29,477 bases of DNA from Alteromonas naphthalenivorans (lineage in GTDB: Bacteria; Babelota; Babeliae; Babelales; CAIQNR01). This document shows, in pieces, positions 9,155 to 18,626 of the stretch. Within the stretch, counting starts at the first letter, position 1; every line of letters starts with the position of its first letter. Position numbers and translations under genes: made by a program. The stretch is taken from the NCBI GenBank assembly GCA_047631715.1, contig JBLICC010000004.1:1-29477 (forward strand), given 5' to 3'. A model generated the notes under the pieces. The model ran no database searches. It saw nothing but the letters and a program-made list of their open reading frames with translations, and was not told where the DNA came from.

Positions 9155-9916
9155 TACTTTTATTCATCCCTTTCAATATACTATCATGACTTTCTACATG
9201 CTCTTTTACAACATATAAAGGTCGCTGTTTTAATTGTGAATAAATTCTACCAATATATTCACCCAAAAGCCACATGAGTAAAAACTGAATTCCTGTTGCC
9301 ATATACAAAACAACCGTAAGCCATTTAAAAAGAGGATAACGTGCATGATATATAAAAGCATCTACAGCAATATACATAAACATCAGTGATCCTGTAATTA
9401 TTACAAAGCTACCAATATAAGCTGCAATTTCAAGCGGAAATCGTGACAAGCTCGTAAGGCCATCAAAAGCTAGTTTTATAAGCCGCAACCAACTGTAACT
9501 TGAAGTTCCCTGTGCTCGAGCAACAGGAACAAAATCAATAAATGTATACGTAAAACCTGTCCATGCAATGGTACCCCGCATATAGGGCTCTCGATCTCTG
9601 CATTGTTTAACAACTTTATGCACTTTTTTATCAATCAAACAAAAATCCGAAATATCCCCTGGAAGCTTAATGTCGGAAATTTTATTTAATAATTTATAAT
9701 AGACTGTGCCTGTTAATTGACGTAACCATCCTTCTTCTCGATAAGAACGCCTTCCATACACAATATCAAAACCTTCTTGCCATTTGTGTATCATAGCAGG
9801 AATAACTATAGGCGGATGCTGCAAATCACCATCCATTACAATAACAGCATCTCCTTGAGCATAGTCATAACCCGCAGTAAGCGCCATTTGATATCCAAAA
9901 TTACGAGAAAAAGAGA
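8925..9916. repeat. 28-bp identical segment shared by GtrB-like copies 2 and 3
   Basis: TGATATCCAAAATTACGAGAAAAAGAGA occurs at 8925..8952 and 9889..9916, in the SFSRNFGYQ coding region. Confidence 0.7.
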
Positions 9917-10112
9917 CTCCCTCAACTCGAGAGTCTTTCTGAATAAGTTTCTTAATCTCAAACCATGAATTATCAGAGCTTCCATCATCAATAAAAATTA
10001 TTTGATAAGTATACGATTGCAAAGATAAAAATACATGAGATAAAGCATTATACATAAGAACAATGTTTTTTTCTTCGTGATATATAGGAATAATAATTGA
10101 GATTTTTTTCAT
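9117..10112 (-). CDS. GtrB/YfdH-like GT2 bactoprenol-phosphate glycosyltransferase, copy 3
   Basis: IIIPIYHEE, IDDGSSD, FSRNFGYQ, DGDLQHPP, SDFCL, two TM helices and GEYIGRIY...RPLYVV. Confidence 0.9.
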   Translation of the reverse strand: MKKISIIIPIYHEEKNIVLMYNALSHVFLSLQSYTYQIIFIDDGSSDNSWFEIKKLIQKDSRVEGVSFSRNFGYQMALTAGYDYAQGDAVIVMDGDLQHPPIVIPAMIHKWQEGFDIVYGRRSYREEGWLRQLTGTVYYKLLNKISDIKLPGDISDFCLIDKKVHKVVKQCRDREPYMRGTIAWTGFTYTFIDFVPVARAQGTSSYSWLRLIKLAFDGLTSLSRFPLEIAAYIGSFVIITGSLMFMYIAVDAFIYHARYPLFKWLTVVLYMATGIQFLLMWLLGEYIGRIYSQLKQRPLYVVKEHVESHDSILKGMNKSNEESHLSSNSHL

Positions 10113-10120
10113 AGTTTTAT

Positions 10121-10954
10121 TTAAAAGGAACTATTCTTTTTAGCAATAATTGTCTGATTAATCCCTTCTCCAAAGAATTGCGTCATCCCAAATGTTGCAG
10201 ATACTCCAATTTTGTAAACAGACTGCATAAAGCCATTATCATTAGGAACATCAACAGCTGCTAAAGGGAAATTATGACTCCAATGATCCAGCACCTCAAA
10301 CCCATTACCTTTTATTAATCTTTTAAAAGATTTTAACGAATAATGTTGAAGATGATGATGATCATAAAGCCTATTACAAGGACCTCTCCAATTACAATAT
10401 CGAAACAAATTTGCTAAATTATACATCAAACTAGAACTGTTGATAGTATTTAAAACAACTATTCCATTTGGGTTAAGCAAAGTATGAATCTTTTGAACAA
10501 ATGCACGAGGATCAGGCATATGCTCTACAACCATAAACCCTACAATAACATCGAATGATGAATCAAATTTAAATGTATCAAAGTCTCCCTGAATAAAAGA
10601 TATTCCATCATGTTCATTCTTAATAAGATCTATTCCATAAAGAGACACATCTTTCTTTTTTAAACCAAAATGCTTAAGAAAAGAACCAGTACCGCATCCA
10701 ACATCTAAAACTTTAATCTTAGGTTTTGCTACCTTTTTGATTACAGAATCGTATAATGTAATATCGGGATGAGCAAACCAATTTTTATGAGTTTCTGAAA
10801 AATACTCTTGCAAATATGGCTCTTGTTCTTCAGGATTCAAAATAGTGAATTGATGCGTACAATCTTTACATTCATAAACAGACATCACACTATCATGAAT
10901 CGTATAATTTTTTTCATGACACACCGCACACTGAACATTTAACTTATTATTCAC
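10121..10954 (-). CDS. Class I SAM-dependent methyltransferase with N-terminal CxxC...CxxC
   Basis: CAVC...CKDC, VLDVGCGTG, FDVIV...VVEHMPDP, LNPNG and HLQHYS. GTG start with an 8-bp overlap with the upstream gene. Confidence 0.85.
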   Translation of the reverse strand: MNNKLNVQCAVCHEKNYTIHDSVMSVYECKDCTHQFTILNPEEQEPYLQEYFSETHKNWFAHPDITLYDSVIKKVAKPKIKVLDVGCGTGSFLKHFGLKKKDVSLYGIDLIKNEHDGISFIQGDFDTFKFDSSFDVIVGFMVVEHMPDPRAFVQKIHTLLNPNGIVVLNTINSSSLMYNLANLFRYCNWRGPCNRLYDHHHLQHYSLKSFKRLIKGNGFEVLDHWSHNFPLAAVDVPNDNGFMQSVYKIGVSATFGMTQFFGEGINQTIIAKKNSSF

Positions 10955-12098
10955 TAGTATAACCCTTCCTTACATATTTTATTTTAGTTTCTATTCCATT
11001 ATTGCAAGCAATAATAAAACTCAAGACTGTATAGATTACAACACAAACAATAAACCCCGCTAAATACTCAAAACAAGGAATAGTTAAAACTCCAGGAGCC
11101 GCACTACATCCAAAGGCCAGTAGAAATGCTAACTCATAATACCATGATTTAGGAACTAAATAAGCACAAATCAATCCAACCCAACCAAACCATATCAAAA
11201 AAAACATCATCACAATTCCAAATCTAGCAAACAAAGAAGTTAATACAAAATGCCGATCCTTTTGAAAAAGATTAATTATCATATTTTTTGTAATTTCTTC
11301 TCCTTCTAAGCCTCCCACTCCCAATTTAGGATTAATTTTCTTAATAGCTCTATCATTACAACCATCTTCCCATGTAATTCCATGGCTATTTTGGAGAAAA
11401 CCAAAACTTATATAAATATTATGCCAAAATATATGTTGATAATTTTGCGAAGATACCACTCCATAAGATTGCAAAAAACTTTTTTGCTGACTTAAAGCCC
11501 ATTGATAATGAACATAGGGAATACCATAACCAATTAAAAAAAATAAAAGTGCGCCAAATTTTTCTTTTTTATTAAATCGAGGAGAAAAACAACCAATTAA
11601 GAAGAAAAGTATAAAAACAGGCCATGAAGCAAAGCTTCGTATTAATGAACCTACAAAGCCCAATAGCCCAACTAGAAATGACGATATCATAAAGTATACT
11701 TTATTTCTTTTTTCTAAGGCGCCAAAGAAAAGCATTATTGGTATAAAAGGGATAATATAACCTATATATACATCTCGCATCATAGAAATCTTATAAGAAC
11801 ATAAGATGAGCAATACAGATGCAAATAAACTCCCTTTCAATGTAGAAGAACACAATGAAACGCCCCAAAAAGATATAATTAAAAAGACAAAAGCTACTAT
11901 TTGTATAAATAATATTTCAGCATTTAAAGACTTAATATTAAGAAAATAACTTAAATAAGGAATATACAAAAAAAGACCTGCATCATCATAAGAAACAAGC
12001 TCAGAAAATTTGTTTCCAGATTGCACTACAAGAAACGTTCCAAACGTTTTATACATCCAACAAACCGATTTTAAAGCTACTGTTCTGCCAGGCAACAT
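10947..12098 (-). CDS. Multi-pass membrane protein, paralog family A copy 2 (putative GT-C-like)
   Basis: 383 aa. Motifs YDDAG, IRSFA, HIFWHNIYISFGF, WEDGC, FARFG, PKSWYYE and SAAPGVLTIP..EYLAGF. Confidence 0.6.
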   Translation of the reverse strand: MLPGRTVALKSVCWMYKTFGTFLVVQSGNKFSELVSYDDAGLFLYIPYLSYFLNIKSLNAEILFIQIVAFVFLIISFWGVSLCSSTLKGSLFASVLLILCSYKISMMRDVYIGYIIPFIPIMLFFGALEKRNKVYFMISSFLVGLLGFVGSLIRSFASWPVFILFFLIGCFSPRFNKKEKFGALLFFLIGYGIPYVHYQWALSQQKSFLQSYGVVSSQNYQHIFWHNIYISFGFLQNSHGITWEDGCNDRAIKKINPKLGVGGLEGEEITKNMIINLFQKDRHFVLTSLFARFGIVMMFFLIWFGWVGLICAYLVPKSWYYELAFLLAFGCSAAPGVLTIPCFEYLAGFIVCVVIYTVLSFIIACNNGIETKIKYVRKGYTSE

Positions 12099-12100
12099 CT

Positions 12101-13492
12101 TTATCTTTCTTTTTTTAAGATAAATAATTTATTTTTCTTATCTATAATTTTATAGTAATTATTCAATACTATATCTATATCATCACTACCGCATAATTTT
12201 GTTTTCTGAACTACAGCTGGAAAGCGTAATAATATTTCCTTAGAGTCTAATGAATGATACGGCAAAAACATATTATAAATATTCTTATTTCCCCAAAAAT
12301 CTCCATGCCAAAAAAAATCTGGGCTTTTTCTAAAATTACAGGTTAAACCATCTCCAAAACAGGTATCCTGATCATTTGAAAGAGATCTAAAATAAGCAAG
12401 CAATTTTATTTGATCATGATTACCAAAGGCAATATTCCCGCTCCATATCTTTATAGAAGGGCATAAAAGAAAAAAAATAAAAAACAAAAGCAATCTCTCT
12501 TGTTGTTTAAAAATTTGCTTCAAACCTAAACTTGCAAAAATAGAAATATAAGGCAATAAAATAATCCAATAATGCATACCGTCAATACGCATTCCAATAA
12601 GGCTAATCACTATAATATAAACTAACAATATAAGATAAGATTTTTTATGGTAAAAAAAACCTATAAAAACAAAAAACCATAAAACTACATTTGGTAAAAA
12701 AACTTTATTTACCATTGTTTTTAATAAATTTAAAAAAGTAAATTTTTGAGAGATTACTGCATTAAATAAATAATTACATACCCAATAATCATAAAAATGC
12801 CCTTGAATATACAATAACACCCAATAGAATAAGATTGGCAATCCACATACTAAAATCCAAAGTACACACTTAAACAAAGAAATGTTCGATTTCCACCATT
12901 CATAAAATAAAACAAGAATTGCGAAAACAAGGAATATAAAGGATTTTTGTAAAAAAAGAAATGAACAACTATAAGCACATGCGCTCATAATTCCATATTT
13001 ATATTTTTTGTTTTCTAAAAAACAAAAAAAGTAGTAGGTCCCTAGAGTGGCAATAGCAACCTGAGGAATATCAGGTCGCACCTCAAAAGCACTATCTGCA
13101 AACATATTCCAAGCGCAAACAATCAAAACAGAAATCTTTGCTCCAAATCTTGTACAGAATAATGCTGCTAGACGATAAGTATAGAGTAACATTAAGAAAC
13201 AAAATACAAGACTAAGCAGTCTTCCGGTAAATAAATATCCAGTAGGGCTTAACAAAAAAGCAAATGGCGACAAAATATAATAAAATAACGGATGATGATG
13301 TTGAAAAAAATCTACATAAGGAATCATCGATTGAGCAATAAACCATCCCGAACGCAAACATTCCATCTCATCATAAACCCATCCTCTTCTTATTCCCGCA
13401 ACACCAATAAGTGTCCCTATGGTAACCAATAGACCATGCACAACACTTTGAAAGCTATATTGTCTTTTTTTAAAAAGCTTAGAAAACAACAT
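12101..13492 (-). CDS. ArnT/PMT-like (GT-C fold) membrane glycosyltransferase
   Basis: An N-terminal TM helix is followed by YDE...PYVDFFQHHHPL, then GRLLS, EVRPD and FLQK. Many TM helices and a soluble C-terminal domain. This layout is typical of GT39/GT83-like proteins. Confidence 0.75.
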   Translation of the reverse strand: MLFSKLFKKRQYSFQSVVHGLLVTIGTLIGVAGIRRGWVYDEMECLRSGWFIAQSMIPYVDFFQHHHPLFYYILSPFAFLLSPTGYLFTGRLLSLVFCFLMLLYTYRLAALFCTRFGAKISVLIVCAWNMFADSAFEVRPDIPQVAIATLGTYYFFCFLENKKYKYGIMSACAYSCSFLFLQKSFIFLVFAILVLFYEWWKSNISLFKCVLWILVCGLPILFYWVLLYIQGHFYDYWVCNYLFNAVISQKFTFLNLLKTMVNKVFLPNVVLWFFVFIGFFYHKKSYLILLVYIIVISLIGMRIDGMHYWIILLPYISIFASLGLKQIFKQQERLLLFFIFFLLCPSIKIWSGNIAFGNHDQIKLLAYFRSLSNDQDTCFGDGLTCNFRKSPDFFWHGDFWGNKNIYNMFLPYHSLDSKEILLRFPAVVQKTKLCGSDDIDIVLNNYYKIIDKKNKLFILKKER

Positions 13493-14876
13493 TTTTGATC
13501 TTTAATTTTATTTTTTTATATATAATCCCAAAACTATAAAACGCAAAAAGGCCAAAGGGCCACGCATGAACAGCAATAATACGGTCTTCTATATGAGAAA
13601 GTAACATATACCCAGAGCTATAAACTACTCCAATCAGCAACATTGATACCATAAAATATTTTTTTCTGTAAATAGCAATCATAATACCTATCCAACCGAA
13701 CAATCGCATGAAAGGAATATACGAATGCAAAAACAATTCTGGTAAATCTTTTATACTTACTCTGCCAAAATTAAAATTCTCTATATAGCGATACAAGGAA
13801 AATGACGTACTCAAATCTAAAGGTCGCCATTGGATATTTCCAAAAGCAATTTCTTTAATTCGATATATTAAACATTCAATTTTTCGATAAGGATATTTTT
13901 TACAAATATCTTTATATAAAATGTCATATCTTTCATAAAAACTAATCTTCGGGTCTAATTTCCCTATTCTAACCTGTTCATTAGTATAATCAGGATAATC
14001 TTCAGCCTTTAGCATGTCTCCATTCGGTAAAGGGTAGGGACTACATAAACTACAAAAAAGCGCTTCTTCTGTTGGTGCAACAAAATAAGTATTATAAGTC
14101 ACCTTATTAAAAGTCATAAAGGGAACCCAAAATAAAAGAATGTTACTTATCCAAAAGAATTTTAAAAAATACAATGTCTTTTTGTTATCAAAATATCGAT
14201 ACAATCCAAATATAAAGGCCAAACAAGATAAAATAAAAAATGAAGAGAATAACGAGGCCCTAATCCATTGACATAAAATGCACGTAAATATTCCCAAATA
14301 AAGAAACTTATTTCCTTTCTTTGAAGAAACAAAATAAATAAAAAAATACAAGAAAAAAATGATACCAAAATACTGAAAAATATCTCTAAACCAAATTATA
14401 TTAACGTATAATAAAGGAGGAAACGCTACAACTCCCAAAGAACAGATAAATGCCATCCATGGCTCTTTTACAAAGAAGATATTTATTCTAAATAATAAAA
14501 TACTTATTAAAGAAAATATAATAATATTAATAATTTTCATATACAAAAGACTAGGAACCCCTGTTAATCTCCAAACAGTAGATGCTAAAATTGGATATCC
14601 AAGAGTTTCTCCAACTGGAGGATTAACAAAATCTATTATTTTTTTTTCTTTACCAGAATATAAAATATATCCATTCTTTAGAGGATCTAGTCTTTCTATT
14701 TTATTGGATATACCATGATTGTAGTAACTATAAGCCCACCCTGTCCACATTTCACCAGTTGCATGTAAACGTTTCTGTATGGCAGAACACTGTAATTCTT
14801 GAGATAAATAAACTAAGTTTACCAATACAGATAAAAAAACAAGGACCCATTCTAATCTTTTTATTTTAAAAACCAC
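13479..14876 (-). CDS. Multi-pass membrane protein, paralog family B copy 1 (putative GT-C-like)
   Basis: 465 aa, GTG start. Motifs GETLGYP, WFRDIFQYFG, CQWIRASLF, FWVPF..FN and HIEDRI..HAWPF. It is a close paralog of 17202..18626. Confidence 0.6.
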   Translation of the reverse strand: MVFKIKRLEWVLVFLSVLVNLVYLSQELQCSAIQKRLHATGEMWTGWAYSYYNHGISNKIERLDPLKNGYILYSGKEKKIIDFVNPPVGETLGYPILASTVWRLTGVPSLLYMKIINIIIFSLISILLFRINIFFVKEPWMAFICSLGVVAFPPLLYVNIIWFRDIFQYFGIIFFLYFFIYFVSSKKGNKFLYLGIFTCILCQWIRASLFSSFFILSCLAFIFGLYRYFDNKKTLYFLKFFWISNILLFWVPFMTFNKVTYNTYFVAPTEEALFCSLCSPYPLPNGDMLKAEDYPDYTNEQVRIGKLDPKISFYERYDILYKDICKKYPYRKIECLIYRIKEIAFGNIQWRPLDLSTSFSLYRYIENFNFGRVSIKDLPELFLHSYIPFMRLFGWIGIMIAIYRKKYFMVSMLLIGVVYSSGYMLLSHIEDRIIAVHAWPFGLFAFYSFGIIYKKIKLKIKNVVF

Positions 14877-16026
14877 TTTTGTGCCTTCTTATTTTTGTAA
14901 CATAATATTTTTTAAAATCTTTTAATATACCTCTATTTAAAGCAATTATTAAAGAATACATTGTATAAATAATAGTTACCGTTATAAATCCAATTAAATA
15001 GGGGGTAGTAGGTAGCGTTAAAATTCCTGGTAAAGCGCTTATCCCCAAAGCTGCCCAAAGGGCTAACTCCAAATACCACGGTTTAGGATAAAACCAAGAA
15101 ACTAAAATACCTAAACCTCCAAAGTAAATTAAGAAAAAATATAAAATGACACCTAATTTTGCAAAAATAGTTGTAGCAATAAAATAACGCTTTTCTCTAC
15201 ATAATCTAAAAATTTCATTTCTAATTGTTTTTTCATATAAAACAGATGGATATCGAGCTTTAGGATTAATTATAAGTGCTCTATCTCCAGCACATTTATC
15301 TTGCCATGCAATGCTTTCTTGATTGCTTAAGAAGCCTAATCCTGTGTAAATATTATGCCAAAAAACATGAGTGGTTCGTTCAGGAATTGCAATACCATGT
15401 GCAACCAAAAATGTATCTCTTTTATTCATATGATACATATAATGAAAATAGGGAATAGAGTATCCAATCAAGAATAAAAAAATGAAAATGCTTTTTTGCC
15501 TAACAGACTGCCTATAGCTAAATAAAATATATATTATATAAAATACAAACATCGGTAGCGCCGAAAACATTCGTATAGTATTAGTAATCGAAGCTATTAT
15601 TCCTCCACTCAATGAACTTATCCAAAATAATATTTTTGAAGATCGAAAATCGGCACATAATAATATTGCAATAGGCGCAACTCCTAATCCATATGCAATA
15701 TAAGGATGATTAAGATAAATAAAAGGCATCCATAGTCTCAATAAGCCAATTACTATTATTCCATAACCACTATAACTTTTCCCCATATAAAAACATGAAA
15801 TTCCTATTATAGAAAAAAGCACACCAATCGAAATATTGAAAAAACAATATGTGGCTTTAATACAAGACAGCCCTAAACTAGAACCTAAAATAATGGAATA
15901 AAAAAAGTAACCCATATCATCTGCTGAAGTAGAAATAGAATACCCTAATGAACATTTAGTTAAAAGATAAATACCCGTTTCCTTAAAGGAATAATACATA
16001 TTTTCTAGTATCGCGATTCGACTCAT
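14866..16026 (-). CDS. Multi-pass membrane protein, paralog family A copy 3 (putative GT-C-like)
   Basis: 386 aa. Motifs ADDMG, IRMFS, HVFWHNIYTGLGF, WQDKC, IRNEI, FAKLGV, YPKPWYLE and SALPGILTLP..YLIGF. Confidence 0.6.
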   Translation of the reverse strand: MSRIAILENMYYSFKETGIYLLTKCSLGYSISTSADDMGYFFYSIILGSSLGLSCIKATYCFFNISIGVLFSIIGISCFYMGKSYSGYGIIVIGLLRLWMPFIYLNHPYIAYGLGVAPIAILLCADFRSSKILFWISSLSGGIIASITNTIRMFSALPMFVFYIIYILFSYRQSVRQKSIFIFLFLIGYSIPYFHYMYHMNKRDTFLVAHGIAIPERTTHVFWHNIYTGLGFLSNQESIAWQDKCAGDRALIINPKARYPSVLYEKTIRNEIFRLCREKRYFIATTIFAKLGVILYFFLIYFGGLGILVSWFYPKPWYLELALWAALGISALPGILTLPTTPYLIGFITVTIIYTMYSLIIALNRGILKDFKKYYVTKIRRHKSGF

Positions 16027-16041
16027 AATTTTTTATTCTAT

Positions 16042-17205
16042 CTATTTAAATCTACCATTAGAGACTTTTACTTCATATTTCTTTTTTATACTTTGAAATG
16101 CAAAAACAATACTATAAATACCATATATAAAAGCAAAAGATGTTAGCCCAGATAAATATGAAGGTCTCGGTGTTACTAATACACCAGGCACTGCACTCAA
16201 AAGAATACTACCCAAAAAAATATACTCTAATATGCCTTTAGGATAAAAACACCCCGCAATTAACCCAAGGTTTGCACAAGCAATAATAAAAAAAAGAACA
16301 ACACCTAACTTTGCAAATAATGAAGAACCTGCAAGCAATCGCTCCTTCAACACAATCCTTATTACTTCATTTCGTAGTATCTTTTCACACTGTTCAGAAT
16401 AATACTTAACTCCAGGATTGGATTTTTCTACATATCTTACTCCACACCTATCATCATATGAAATATCCAAATAATTTTCTGTATAACCAAATCCAATATA
16501 TATATTATGCCAAAAAGGATGCTCCTTTATTGCAGAAATATCATTACCTAATTGTTGCAATAAGCTATCTGTTTTAGAAAATTGATAATTAAAATGAATT
16601 TTTGGAACAATCATTCCCAACATAAGTAAAAACAATAAAGCACATTTGATTTTTTTTTGTACCGATAATTGCAATAGTACATAAAGAAAAATAAAGAAAA
16701 ATATTGCAACAGAACTAAAAGAACGAATGTAATGACAATATCCAATTACTAGACCAGAAGCAAACATCCAAGCATAATGATACCGTTTTATTTGCGTAAC
16801 ATTGTTAAATATCCATAGACAAAAGGGAACAAGAGTAAATGTACAAAAAACTGCTGCTACATAAACATCTGTCAATCTAAAGAAACCCTCTCTATATAAT
16901 AGAAAAAAACTTATTCCGGAATAAAAAACAAACCAAATATTACTCAGTAATAAAACAGATAATAAAAACATACAAAATGCTATTAACAGTGCCCCATAAA
17001 AAAAATAATTAATAGCTAAAGGTATAGGGATAGAAAACTTCCGTGCCAATAATGGAACAAAATAATACATTCCTAAATCATCAAAAACAACATTTTCTAG
17101 AGCAACCAATCTTCCATTCATCTTTATTAAAAAATAGTATCCTGTCTGAATAAAGGCTTCATATGTTTTTACAAGAGAATCAAAACGCCCACCCATTATA
17201 ATCAT
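16042..17205 (-). CDS. Multi-pass membrane protein, paralog family A copy 4 (putative GT-C-like)
   Basis: 387 aa. Motifs FDDLG, IRSFS, HPFWHNIYIGFGY, YDDRC, LRNEV, FAKLGV, YPK and SAVPGVLVTP..YLSG. ATGA overlap with the upstream gene. Confidence 0.6.
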   Translation of the reverse strand: MIIMGGRFDSLVKTYEAFIQTGYYFLIKMNGRLVALENVVFDDLGMYYFVPLLARKFSIPIPLAINYFFYGALLIAFCMFLLSVLLLSNIWFVFYSGISFFLLYREGFFRLTDVYVAAVFCTFTLVPFCLWIFNNVTQIKRYHYAWMFASGLVIGYCHYIRSFSSVAIFFFIFLYVLLQLSVQKKIKCALLFLLMLGMIVPKIHFNYQFSKTDSLLQQLGNDISAIKEHPFWHNIYIGFGYTENYLDISYDDRCGVRYVEKSNPGVKYYSEQCEKILRNEVIRIVLKERLLAGSSLFAKLGVVLFFIIACANLGLIAGCFYPKGILEYIFLGSILLSAVPGVLVTPRPSYLSGLTSFAFIYGIYSIVFAFQSIKKKYEVKVSNGRFK

Positions 17206-18626
17206 ATTATAATCTTTTTATTATGATTCTTAATCTGTATACGCTTATAGCTAAAAACAAACACTATGCAATCAAATAGAAAAGATCCTGCAAATAAGGC
17301 AAAAGGCCACACATGCACAGAAAGTATTCGCTCTTCTATATGAGTAAGAAGCATATAACCAGAACTGTATACAATTCCAATCATACAAAGTGAAAGTAAA
17401 AAATAGTTTCTTCTATAAAGTGCAAGTAACATTCCAAGAATTCCGAATAGTCTTACTAATCGAACCTGTAAACGCAGTAATAACTCTAAAAAAGCACTGC
17501 TACTCGAAAATGCATAAATATATTTTTCTTTAATATCCTTAGGAAGATGAGTAACTGCTTCTGGTATACGCCATTCTATATCTTGGCTAAAAATCATATA
17601 TATTCTATACATAAGAGCTTTTATTGGTTGCCATGGATATTTCTTTTTTAAAATAGCGTAATATTCTTCACAAGCACCATCGTAATCTTTTGCCTTTGAT
17701 ATGCCTTTTTCTAATCTTTCAAATACATACTTACTATGTCCAGCTACAGGAAAATGAAAACCATCATAAAATGTTGGAGCACACAAACTCGCTAATTTAG
17801 CCTCTCCAATTGGCCCTACAAAAAATTTCCCATATGTACCATAATTAAAAATAGAAAAAGGAATCCAAAATAATGTAATATTTGCTATCCAAAAAATTAT
17901 TAAAAAAGTACGCACTTTTTTAATTGAATATCTTCCCCATAATCCCCAAAATAGAAGCGTTAAGGATAATATTACAAATGACGGAAAGAGCGATGCTCGT
18001 ATCCATTGGCACAAAGTAAATAAAAATGATCCTACCAATAAAAATCGGAGAGATTTATTTTTATTCTGCATATAAGAAAGAAATACATATAAAAAAACAA
18101 TGAAACCAAAATACTGAAAAATATCTCTATACCAAAGCACATTTGTTGCTATAAGCGGGCCAAAGCATATAACACTTAAAGACGCACACCAAGCTCTTAA
18201 ATAAGAATTAAAAAGAAAACAGCATACTTGAAAAAGAAAAAAAGTTGATAAAGCAAATAAAACAACATTAAAAATTTTAAGATAAAGAAAACTTGGTTTA
18301 TTAAATAATTTCCAAATGCTAGAAGCAACTATAGGATATGCCATAGTATCTCCTATAGGAAAGACCTCTAGCTTGCTTTTCTTATCCCCTTCATCATAAA
18401 GTGTATATTTATCTTTTTTAAGATTAAAATTACGATAATAATTTGAAATTTTTCCTTTATAAAAACTATATGCAGGATAAATCCAAACCATACCCCCAGG
18501 TCGTGTATCTTTGCTTAATGAAACAATTTTACTATCTTGATGCAAATATAGAATATTAACTAAAAGAGCTATTACTACTAAAGAATATCCATATAAATTC
18601 TTTTTTTTGAAAATAGTCGAAACCAT
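17202..18626 (-). CDS. Multi-pass membrane protein, paralog family B copy 2 (putative GT-C-like)
   Basis: 474 aa, AGGAG RBS. Motifs GDTMAYP, WYRDIFQYFG, CQWIRASLF, FWIPF..FN and HIEERI..HVWPF. Confidence 0.6.
   Translation of the reverse strand: MVSTIFKKKNLYGYSLVVIALLVNILYLHQDSKIVSLSKDTRPGGMVWIYPAYSFYKGKISNYYRNFNLKKDKYTLYDEGDKKSKLEVFPIGDTMAYPIVASSIWKLFNKPSFLYLKIFNVVLFALSTFFLFQVCCFLFNSYLRAWCASLSVICFGPLIATNVLWYRDIFQYFGFIVFLYVFLSYMQNKNKSLRFLLVGSFLFTLCQWIRASLFPSFVILSLTLLFWGLWGRYSIKKVRTFLIIFWIANITLFWIPFSIFNYGTYGKFFVGPIGEAKLASLCAPTFYDGFHFPVAGHSKYVFERLEKGISKAKDYDGACEEYYAILKKKYPWQPIKALMYRIYMIFSQDIEWRIPEAVTHLPKDIKEKYIYAFSSSSAFLELLLRLQVRLVRLFGILGMLLALYRRNYFLLSLCMIGIVYSSGYMLLTHIEERILSVHVWPFALFAGSFLFDCIVFVFSYKRIQIKNHNKKIII

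Larger units (their letters stand above)
14364..18129. repeat. 25-bp identical segment shared by family B copies 1 and 2
   Basis: ACCAAAATACTGAAAAATATCTCTA occurs at 14364..14388 and 18105..18129, in the RDIFQYFG coding region. Confidence 0.7.

Noticed and set aside
7184..10112. GtrB-like genes as a prophage serotype-conversion cassette
   Set aside because: There are no phage genes and no gtrA in the window. The genes are embedded in a cellular glycan operon.
6127..18626. Recurring short DNA words (for example ATATTATGCCAAAA) as a CRISPR or other repeat array
   Set aside because: They are spaced kilobases apart and correspond to conserved protein motifs (FWHNIY) in paralogous genes.
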